From positions 62,001 through 126,000 of the forward strand of contig NIVC01002776.1 in the NCBI GenBank assembly GCA_002269645.1: 64,000 bases of DNA, read 5' to 3'. Below are positions 54,271-64,000 of this stretch, one piece after another. The notes under the pieces were generated by a model that had not been told where the DNA came from, searched no databases, and was given only the letters and a program-made list of their open reading frames with translations. A program made the translations under genes and the position numbers. The stretch is from Macrostomum lignano. Lineage: Eukaryota. Within the stretch, counting starts at the first letter, position 1. The number at the start of each line of letters is the position of its first letter.

Positions 54271-57200
54271 ATGGCTCGCCTGTTGCAGCGCATGGTCTCC
54301 GACGCCACGGCCAGGATGGCCCAGGCGGTGCCCGGCCTGCAGAGGGCCGACTCGCAGCCCGAGACGAACTGCGGCAGCGGCGTCTCCGAGAGCCGGTGCG
54401 ACCTTCTGCTGCGTCAGGTGAAGCGAGAGGTGGCGCTGCTGATGGAGGTCGCCTCCGCTGGCACCGGCGGTGTGTCCAAGGACAGCCCGGTTGTTCACAC
54501 CCTGTGCTGTGAGGTTCTTGGGTTTTTTGTTCACGCCACTGTCTAATCAGTCACTCTATTGTTCACACCACTGTCTAATCGGTCACTCTCTATTGTTCAC
54601 ACCACTGTCTAATCGGTCACTCTTTATTGTTCACACCACTGCCTAATCGGTCACTCTCTATTGTTCACACCACTGTCTAATCGGTCACTCTTTATTGTTC
54701 ACACCACTGCCTAATCGGTCACTCTCTATTGTTCACACCACTGTCTAATCGGTCACTCTCTATTGTTCACACCACTGTCTAATCGGTCACTCTCTATTGT
54801 TCACACCACTGTCTAATCGATCACTCTCTCTTGTTCACACCACTGCCTAATCGGTCACTCTCTATTGTTCACACCACTGCCTAATCGGTCACTCTCTATT
54901 GTTTACACCACTGCCTAATCGGTCACTCTCTATTGTTCACACCACTGTCTAATCGGTCACTCTCTATTGTTCACACCACTGTCTAATCGGTCACTCTCTA
55001 ATTAAATTACCAGCGCGAGTTGAGAGCTGCCTTCTCTATGGTCTCAAGCGATATCCCGGATTCGAATCGATGCTGCTTCTCCAGCGAGTCGCAGCCGACT
55101 GTCCGCAGGCGGCCGGACTGCGACTCGACGGCGGCAGTGGCTGCTGCGCCTGGATTCGCCGAGCCCTGCTGTCGGGCTGCCTGGCCAGCATTGTGGAGCA
55201 CCTGGCGGCCAATTGCCGCCGCCTGTACGAGCCGGAAAGCATTGTAGGCGACGCCTGCTACGGACCGCTGCTGGCATCGCTGCTGGGTTCGTTGAGCTGA
55301 GATTTTGGGTGCACTTTTGATTACGTAACTTTAGGGCGAAGTTTCTTTCATTCTGCGCATAAATCATTAACTTAAACCTTCTCTGCAGAACTTGGCCACC
55401 TCCAACCACTGCCCTCTGAACCTCTGTCCGACTCCTCCTACCAGCAACCTCTCTGCCCCTGTGCCACACCCGCCTCCTCCTACCAGCAACCTCTCTGCCC
55501 CTGTGCCACACCCGCCTCCCCCTATCAACACCCTCTCTGCCCCTGTGCCACACCCGCCTCCCCCTATCAACACCCTCTCTGCCCCTGTGCCACACCCGCC
55601 TCCCCCTATCAACACCCTCTCTGCCCCTGTGCCACACCCGCCTCCCCCTATCAACACCCTCTCTGCCCCTGTGCCACACCCGCCTCCCCCTATCAACACC
55701 CTCTCTGCCCCTGTGCCACAACCGCCTCCCTGTACTCTGCATCTCGCACCTTTATACCTGTGACCACAACCCTCTCAAGGTGGGTCCTCCTCACTCCATG
55801 CTCTACCGGATCAGGTGTCTCACAAAGAAATCAAGCTTAAGTCAACAATTAAGCATCGCACTTCAAGTTAGTGCTTACTTAAAAGTACACACATAGGTTA
55901 ATTAGGTCCGTAGGCAGCTGAGAGAGAGAGGAGAGAGAGACAGAGAGAGAGAGAGAGAGACAGACACAAACACAGACACAGACACAGACACAGACACAGA
56001 CACAGACACAGACACAGACACAGACACAGACACGGACACAGACACAGACACGGACACAGACACAGACACAGACACAGACACAGACACAGACACGGACACA
56101 GACACAGACACGGACACAGACACAGACACAGACACAGACACAGACACAGACACAGACACGGACACAGACACAGACACAGACACAGACACAGACACAGACA
56201 CAGACACAGACAGACACAGACACAGACACAGAACAGATACAGACACAGACACAGACACAGACACAGACACAGACACAGACACAGACAGACACAGACACAG
56301 ACACAGAACAGATACAGACACAGACACAGACACAGACACAGACACAGACACAGACACAGACACAGACACAGACACAGACACAGACACAGACACAGACAGA
56401 CACAGACACAGACACAGACACAGACACAGACACAGACACAGACACAGACACAGACACAGACACAGACACAGACACAGACACGGACACAGACACAGACACG
56501 GACACAGACACAGACACAGACACAGAACAGATACAGACACAGACACAGACACAGACACAGACACAGACACAGACACAGACAGACACAGACACAGACACAG
56601 ACACAGACACAGACACAGATACAGACACAGACACAGACACAGACACAGACACAGACACAGAACAGATACAGACAGACACAGACACAGACACAGACACAGA
56701 CACAGACACAGACACAGACACAGACAGACACAGACACAGACAGACACAGACACAGACAGACACAGACACAGACACAGACACAGACACAGAACAGATACAG
56801 ACACAGACAGACACAGACACAGACACAGACACAGAACAGATACAGACACAGACACAGACACAGACACAGACACAGACACAGACACAGACAGACACAGACA
56901 CAGACACAGACACAGACACAGACACAGACACAGATACAGACACAGACACAGACACAGACACAGACACAGACACAGAACAGATACAGACACAGACAGACAC
57001 AGACACAGACACAGACACAGACACAGACACAGACACAGACACAGACAGTTCTGAATCCATCGTGTTCCAAAGTAGCTCTGCTGTTTGCCAAACGCATTGA
57101 ACTCCAATGCAATTTGAAGCTGCCTTTTGACAACAGCCTGGCAACGGGAGCTCCTTGATAAGCAGGAATTCACCCTCCTGAGTCCGAGTCGCTGGGTTGA

Positions 57201-60200
57201 ACTTGAGCTAAAGAAATTAGGAAGATGCCTTTGAGTTGGAACTGAAGCCGAGGCTCCGTGTGTCTCAAGTCTGCATCAAGTCTGCATCAAGGCTGGCCCT
57301 GGCCCGCCTTATCTCGAATCCATCTTGCCCTCATGCGAATCTCCCATTCCCTGCACGCACAGCCAACCCGATCGCCCTTGCTTTGCTTTTTTGCCATTTC
57401 CCTTCGCTTTTGGCCTCTTTTTTCCGAGAAGAAGAGGCTGCTGTGTTTATTCAGGCTAACATAATATTTCCTAGCTTTTATCCCGATAGTTGAGTTACAG
57501 ATCCGCCACAGGTTGCTGCACTCAGGAAAGAGCTCAGTTCTTCGTAGCAGATTCTGGGGAAAATGAATGCGGCAATTCCTCTTCAGGATGGCCAACACAC
57601 CCACCGCCACCTGCTCCCTGCCCCCTGCCGCCTTCCCCTTGCCCCTGCCCCCTGCTCCCTGCCCCCTGCCCCCTGCCCTCTGCTCCCTGCCCCCTGCTCC
57701 CTGCCCCCTGCTCCCTGCTCCCTGCCCCCTGCCCCTTGCCCTCTGCCCCTGCCCCCTGCCCCTGCCCCCTGCTCCCTGCCCCCGCCCTCTGCCCCCTGCC
57801 CCCTGCCCCCTGCCCCCTGCCCCCTGCTCCCTGCCCCCTGCCCCCTGCCCCCTGCTCCCTGCCCTCTGCTCCCTGCCCCCTGCCCCTGCCCCCTGCTTCC
57901 TGCCCCCTGCCCCTGCCCCTGCCCCCTGCCCTCTGCCCTCTTCCCCTTGCCCCTTGCCCCCTGCCATTCATTCATCATTCGTCATTCGATCATACCCAAC
58001 CCATGACCGCTCATTTCCAGTCGGACCCTGCGCCTTAGACTTTAAAAGCCAGCGTTCACTTCAGCCTCAGCCGCGGCCGCCGCTGCAAACTCAGCAGGTC
58101 AGATGGGCAACTCAGGGCTCAACTGAAGCAGTGAGAACTGTGTTTGAATTTCATATTTTAGCTGACAGTGGAATCGCAAAAAAGAAATGAAAAATCACAC
58201 TGCAACTTGGCAATAAAAATCCACTGTTTGAAATCATAAAATATCTGCTTGACCTGCTGAAATTCTCTTGGAAATGCATCTCCAAAAATGATTTTACTGC
58301 TCGCTGCAGACAGACGAACCGTTTGAAGAGGCTGGCGAGACCGTGCTGCACAAGTGGACCTGCACCCTTCTCCATCGGCATCCTGCAGCTGCTGGGGACC
58401 TCAGCTCGCCTGGCCACCTGCTGCTGCTGCGGACTCCGCGTGAAGGTGACTCAGGATTGACCTGTTCATCATCCCAGCTCACCTCTGCCCTCTGTACTAC
58501 TCTCGACCCTGGGTCTACTCTCATTCACTGCGCCCTCTACTCTCAGTCACTTTTCTCTCTACTCTCAGTCACTGCGCCCTCTACTCTCAGTCTCTGCGCC
58601 CTCTACTCTCATTCACTGCGCCCTCTACTCTCATTCACTTTTCTCTCTACTCTCAGTCACTGCGCCCTCCACTCTCAGTCACTTTTCTCTCTACTCTCAG
58701 TCACTGCGCCCTCTACTCTCAGCCACTTTTCTCTCTACTCTCAGTCATTGCGCCCTCTACTCTCAGCCACTTTTCTCTCAACTCTCATTCACTGCGCCCT
58801 CTACTCCCATTCACTGTGTCCTCTACTCTCAGTCACTTTTCTCTCTACTCTCAGTCACTGCGCCCTCTACTCTCAGCCACTTTTCTCTCAACTCTCATTC
58901 ACTGCGCCCTCTACTCTCAGCCACTTTTCTCTCAACTCTCATTCACTGCGCCCTCTACTCCCATTCACTGTGTCCTCTACTCTCAGTCACTTTTCTCTCT
59001 ACTCTCAGTCACTGCGCCCTCTACTCTCAGCCACTTTTCTCTCAACTCTCATTCACTGCGCCCTCTACTCTCAGCCACTTTTCTCTCAACTCTCATTCAC
59101 TGCGCCCTCTACTCCCATTCACTGTGTCCTCTACTCTCAGTCACTTTTCTCTCTACTCTCAGTCACTGCGCCCTCTACTCTCAGCCACTTTTCTCTCAAC
59201 TCTCATTCACTGCGCCCTCTACTCTCAGCCACTTTTCTCTCAACTCTCATTCACTGCGCCCTCTACTCCCATTCACTGTGTCCTCTACTCTCAGTCACTT
59301 TTCTCTCTACTCTCAGTCACTGCGCCCTCTACTCTCAGCCACTTTTCTCTCAACTCTCATTCACTGCGCCCTCTACTCTCAGCCACTTTTCTCTCAACTC
59401 TCATTCACTGCGCCCTCTACTCTCAGCCACTTTTCTCTCAACTCTCATTCACTGCGCCCTCTACTCCCATTCACTGTGTCCTCTACTCTCAGTCACTTTT
59501 CTCTCTACTCTCAGTCACTGCGCCCTCTACTCTCAGTCACTTTTCTCTCAACTCTCATTCACTGCGCCCTCTACTCTCAGCCACTTTTCTCTCAACTCTC
59601 ATTCACTGCGCCCTCTACTCTCAGCCACTTTTCTCTCAACTCTCATTCACTGCGCCCTCTACTCCCATTCACTGTGTCCTCTACTCTCAGTCACTTTTCT
59701 CTCTACTCTCAGTCACTGCGCCCTCTACTCTCAGCCACTTTTCTCTCTACTCTCAGTCACTGCGCCCTCTACTCTCAGTCACTTTTCTCTCTACTCTCAG
59801 TCACTGCGCCCTCAACTTTGTTACTGCGCCCTCTACTCTCAGTCACTGTGCCCTCTACTCTCAGTCACTGCGCACTCTAATCTCTAATCTCTACACACTC
59901 TAAAGCAAGGAGCACTGGGCAATGTCTATTACTGCACTGTCCATAATCAATAATCAATTAGATAATCACCCACCAGTGCATAATCCCTAGGCCGCGTCAA
60001 ATCTATATTTAGCCTGAAGTTTCAAGGCATTCGAGATCAAAGTGAAAATTAAATTAAGCGGATTATGAGTCCGGCCAGGTAAACACAGCGGATATGGCAG
60101 CAGGGAGTGAGAGCTGAAATCTATTTGATTCTGGGTCTCTCTCTCTGATGAAGCATAGAGCTTTAGTTACGGGCGGCCGGAGTCTGGGTCAGGCGTGAGC

Positions 60201-63200
60201 TGCTCAGAATTTGAGTAAAGCCGAGCCAGCCAGGCGGGCATTAATCAAATTGCCCGTAATTGGCGGTCCCGGCTGGCCGTGCGAGGCCGACCCGACAGAT
60301 TTCTGCGGGGCTGGCGCGAGGGCGAACGATATTGAAGCTGGGCCGGAATTCACAGGCGTGAGCTGGGCCCGCCCGCGGAATGCCTGGGGGGTAGCTTTGG
60401 GGAGCCCGAGGAGGGCAGGAAGTCGGTCGGCTGAGAGAGGGAAAGACTGCAGACCTTGTTTGATCGTCTGAGTTTTTAGTGCCCGACTGTCGGTATTGAG
60501 GACACTATTGGGATTTGAGGAATATGGGAATCATTTTGGCATTGGGATCTTTGTGCAGAGGCTCTAAGAGGCCTATGGGGATCTCACAGGCCTATCGGGA
60601 TCTCACAGGCCTATCGGGATCTCACAGGCCTATCGGGATCTCACAGGCCTATCGGGATCTCACAGGCCTATGGGGATTTCACAGGCCTATGGGGATCTCA
60701 CAGGCCTATGGGGATCTCACAGGCCTATGGGGATCTCACAGGCCTATCGGGATCTCACAGGCCTATGGGGATCTCAAAGGTATATGGGGATCTTTTATAG
60801 CTTTGAACTACTTCTGAAACAAGGGGATCTGTAAATTCGGCTGACACTATCGGCGATCGGAATTCGAATCCAGAACCTGACTCGAAATCCTGGAATTGCG
60901 GTGCAGCACTCGCGAAGTCCAGATTTCTGAGGACTACAAAAATCCCCAACATGCCTCAAATGCCAGCCCTAGCGCCACGGGCATCTCAGCCTTGGATTTG
61001 CGGGCGGATTAGGCACTGAGCGTATCCATAAGGTAGGCTAGCTGGTCTGCAGGGAGGCTGCTCACTCTCTCTGACTAATCAGCTCCGTCGCGCAACCCTC
61101 TCCCTTGGGTGCTTCTTATTAGAGAATTTTGAGTCACTGCTGGAGCACTCCAGCCGGGCAAAGCAGTGAAGCAGAGCTCGTAAAAGCCCCGCGTCCTTCT
61201 TGGTCTCTGAGCCACTCGCCCACTCACTTGCCCCCCCCCCCAGCTCAAAAATAGAAACCTGTGGGACACTGGAGTGGCTCCCTCACTTCCTCACTCCATT
61301 CACGAGTTCACTGATAGTCAACTCAAAATTTTCAGATTCTTCACTTAATTCATTGTGCCTCACATTTCGGACTTTTATATTCCAAATAGAGAAAGCATCA
61401 AGGCTATCAGTCCAAAAAAGCGTTACAAGTCAGAAGAAGAAAATGCAGCTGAGCTGATGGAGGAGGCTGCAGGAGCCGCTGGTGGCGGGGCATTGATTTT
61501 CAACACCAGCTCCCTTGAGGCCATCGATTCCACTGGCCGGCACAGGGGGGAGCCATGTGCGGAGATAATTGCGATGGCGAAGGCCAGACGCACGAGGCCA
61601 AGCCTCCAGGGTCATCCTGTCCCTGCAGCAGCCACTCTGGGGGGGGGGGTAATTTATCCCGGATTTACAGGGGAGTTAAAGTGCAGCCGAGTGCAGGGCC
61701 AGGGTGTGACGGGGCGTCAGTCTAATTGGGTTTGACTCTGCTAGCGGCTGAAAGATGATGATGGACTGTTGCAGCTCTAATATGAAACTGGAGACTAAAG
61801 TGCTCAACTCTGCTGCTCGCCCAACCCTAACTGGAGTGCCATCTGTGTTTAACTAGAGTGCCATCTGTGTTTAACTGGAGTGACATCTGTGTTTAACTAG
61901 AGTGCCATCTGTGTTTAACTGGAGTGCCATCTGTGTTTAACTGGAGTGCCATCTGTGTTTAACTGGAGTGCCATCTGTGTTTAACTGGAGTGCCATCTGT
62001 GTTTAACTGGAGTGCATCTGTGTTTAACTGGAGTGCCATCTGTGTTCAACTAGAGTGCCATCTGTGTTCAACTAGAGTACCATCTGTGTTTAACTAGGGT
62101 GCCCTGAGTGTCTAACTGGAGTGCCTTGAGTGTCTAACTGGAGTGCCTTGAGTGTCTAACTGGAGTGCCTTGAGTGTCTAACTGGAGTGCCTTGAGTGTC
62201 TAACTGGAGTGCCTTGAGTGTCTAACTAGAGTGCCCTGAGTGTCTAACTGGAGTGCTTTGAGTGTCTAACTGGAGTGCCTTGAATGTCTAACTGGAGTGC
62301 CTTGAGTGTCTAACTAGAGTGCCCTGAGTGTCTAACTGGAGTGCCTTGAGTGTCTAACTGGAGTGCCTTGAGTGTCTAAATAGAGTGCCCTGAGTGTCTA
62401 ACTGGAGTGCCTTGAATGTCTAACTAGAGTGCCCTGAGTGTCTAACTGGAGTGCCTTGAGTGTCTAACTAGAGTGCCTTGAGTGTCTAACTAGAGTGCCC
62501 TGAGTGTCTAACTGGAGTGCTTTGAGTGTCTAATTGGAGTGCCTTGAATGTCTAACTGGAGTGCCTTGAGTGTCTAACTGGAGTGCCTTGAGTGTCTAAC
62601 TAGAGTGCCCTGAGTGTCTAACTGGAGTGCCTTGAGTGTTCAGCAAAGTATTGCAAGCTTCAACAGGCTCTGTAAAGAGTGACCAGAGTTTTTCAACAAG
62701 ACGGCAGGTTTTTCCCCAGTAAGGAATCGATCCCCCCGCGCTACCGCCAGGCTCTCTGAGCATCCGCTGGACGCCCGCCGGGCCGGCTGCCAGGGCCAAC
62801 GGCTCGCTGTCAGCTCAGCCGGCAGCTGGGCAGCCTCAGCCCTCCTCGGGTTCCGACTCCTCGTGAGTCCGCGCTGTCTAATGCATTTTTATTTTTTTAA
62901 AGAAAAAAATAGTCTGAGCACTTTGCGCCACTCGAAACACCCGCAGGCCTCTGCAGCCGCGTCGAACTCCGCCGAGAAGGCCTCCACCACCGCAGGTGTC
63001 TGTTTCTGCTTCCGCCAATTCCGCTGCCTCTTCCGCTCCCAATTCCGCTACCTCTTCCGCTCCCAATTCCGCTTCACCTGTCGCTGTTAGCGGCTTCTCA
63101 GCGCCGCTCTGCGATGTCGCCTTTCTCACCTGCCGCGGCGCCGGCCTCACCTTGCTGACCCGGCACCGTCGCGCCGCTGCCGTTAATCCGTGCTCGGCTG

Positions 63201-63667
63201 CTGTTCGCCTCGCCTTCGCCTCGCCCAGCCAGCCGAGGCGCCTTCTGCGCCGGCTGGAGTCCGCCGGCTGCTGCCTGGAGCCGCCGCCGCTGTCGCCAAC
63301 ATCGGCGCTGAAGGACGCCGCCGTTGCTCCAGGAGCCTCCGCCGGCGAAGAGGCCGATGCTACCTACCGGCTGTCCGCGGCGGAGGACGCCGCCGACGTC
63401 GACGCCGACGAGGCTGAGTCTCGCCACGGTCAGTCGGACGCGATTTGCGCCGCCCGAACCTTCCAGGCGTGGCTGGCGCAGGCGCGGCACTCGCGGACTC
63501 TGCGACGCCGCCTCGCCGCTCTGGTTGGCGCTGGAAGCGTCGGCCTCTCGGCGCCAGCCAAGCCGCTGGCGGCCGGCCTGCTGGCTCCTGCAGCCGGGCC
63601 AGAGAGGCGCCTGGAGGCCTGCCGGACCGTCTACTGGAGTGGCTGCCCGCGCCACCTGCGATTCAAG
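54271..63667 (+). CDS. SGSM1/SGSM2 (RUTBC)-like RUN + PH-like + TBC Rab-GAP, divergent; exons 54271-54508, 55014-55286, 58021-58097, 58310-58445, 62751-62862, 63091-63667; remainder unresolved
   Basis: LLRQVKREVALLMEVA..DSPVVHTLC|SRVESCLLYGL; AWIRRALL..LASIVEHLAANCRRLYEPESIVGDACYGPLLASLL|VGPCALDF; PGHLLL; |GSLSIRWTP; LRRLESAGCCLEPP; RTFQAWLAQARHSRTLRRRLAALV; CRTVYWSGCPRHLRFK. These are collinear with the SGSM2 motifs as I recall them. The phase chain 1,1,0,1,2,0 is consistent. Confidence 0.85.
54530..55000. repeat. 34-bp tandem repeat (ATTGTTCACACCACTGTCTAATCGGTCACTCTCT) x ~14, SGSM intron 1
   Basis: Direct. Confidence 0.95.
55432..55730. repeat. 42-bp C-rich tandem repeat x ~7, SGSM intron 2
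   Basis: Direct. Confidence 0.93.
55920..57047. repeat. (GACACA)n hexanucleotide microsatellite, SGSM intron 2
   Basis: Direct. Confidence 0.97.
57597..57963. repeat. (CCCCTG/CCCCCTG/CTCCCTG)n C-run repeat, SGSM intron 2
   Basis: Direct; the minus strand carries dense G3-G5 runs. Confidence 0.95.
58485..59879. repeat. Higher-order satellite of related 22-bp monomers (CACTGCGCCCTCTACTCTCAGT / CACTTTTCTCTCAACTCTCATT), SGSM intron 4
   Basis: Alternating monomers that recur in multi-monomer blocks. Confidence 0.92.
60569..60790. repeat. 19-bp tandem repeat (ATCTCACAGGCCTATCGGG) x ~11, SGSM intron 4
   Basis: Direct. Confidence 0.93.
61829..62640. repeat. 22-bp bipartite satellite (AACTGGAGTGCCATCTGTGTTT, then AACTGGAGTGCCTTGAGTGTCT), SGSM intron 4
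   Basis: Direct; the subtype switches at ~62092. Confidence 0.95.
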
Positions 63668-64000
63668 GTTGGCGAAGCCCAGGGGAGAAGGTGGAGCGGA
63701 GCAGCTCAGCGGTAGTGCATCCCCAGGGCGATTCTCACCCGTTCGGGCCAGCCCCCAGGGCCCGGAGTTTGTTTCATGAGAAAGTCAGGGCCGTATGCGA
63801 GCTCAGGTGCTCAGCTGCTCGCCTCCCCTCTGTCTGAGAGGCGACTGTCGCCTCAATTTGCGGCAGCGCCCACGGGAAGTGAGAAGCGAGAGGAGTTGGG
63901 GAGGCTGCATGGGGCGGCCCGGCGGTTCTGACTTGAGAGAATTTCTATATTTAAATTTCAAGCGTGCAAAATCTGCCTCATCTGCGTAGCGTCGGGTTGA

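Noticed and set aside
55879-59903. Long ORFs 55879-57173, 57287-58190 and 58343-59903
   Set aside because: Read-through of intronic satellites. Only 58021-58097 and 58310-58445 are real exons.
61355-61735. 126-aa ORF as an additional SGSM exon
   Set aside because: The phase chain closes without it (58445>62751) and it has no SGSM-like motif. An alternative exon is not fully excluded.

Overview
Eukaryotic, intron-containing animal DNA, not prokaryotic: GC3-rich coding exons, GT-AG introns, and dense micro/minisatellites. The style resembles a macrostomid flatworm such as Macrostomum (inference only). By hand-splicing I reconstruct 13 protein-coding loci: innexin (-, runs off the left edge), DEG/ENaC channel (+), two tandem PAP2/LPP lipid phosphatases (-), RPS9 (-), kish-B/TMEM167B (-), WIP/verprolin-like (+), a small PCGH-RING protein (+), a complete 8-exon Delta/DSL Notch-ligand-like gene (+), two paralogous Cys-rich single-pass PPxY proteins (WBP1/VOPP1/Shisa-like, -), an orphan ~311-aa protein (+), and a divergent SGSM1/2-like RUN-PH-TBC gene (+, 3' end not resolved). 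Mobile DNA: a 298-bp MITE with TIRs and 8-bp TSD, an Hsmar2-like mariner remnant, a tRNA-derived SINE, and a probable LINE RNase H scrap. More than 20 distinct tandem arrays are present, many inside introns. Best leads: (1) the two PAP2 genes can be spliced in frame into one double-domain phosphatase; (2) the DSL ligand has a lysine-free, tyrosine-motif tail and a remodelled Notch-binding face; (3) two, possibly three, genes need a -1 shift at a G-run, two of them sharing GGGAGAAGTAC, most simply assembly indels but recoding is not excluded; (4) a lineage-specific PPxY membrane-protein pair flanks a 42-copy CCAAT/hairpin satellite. No CRISPR, rRNA or intact tRNA gene was seen. All homology calls are from memory of family motifs, not database searches.
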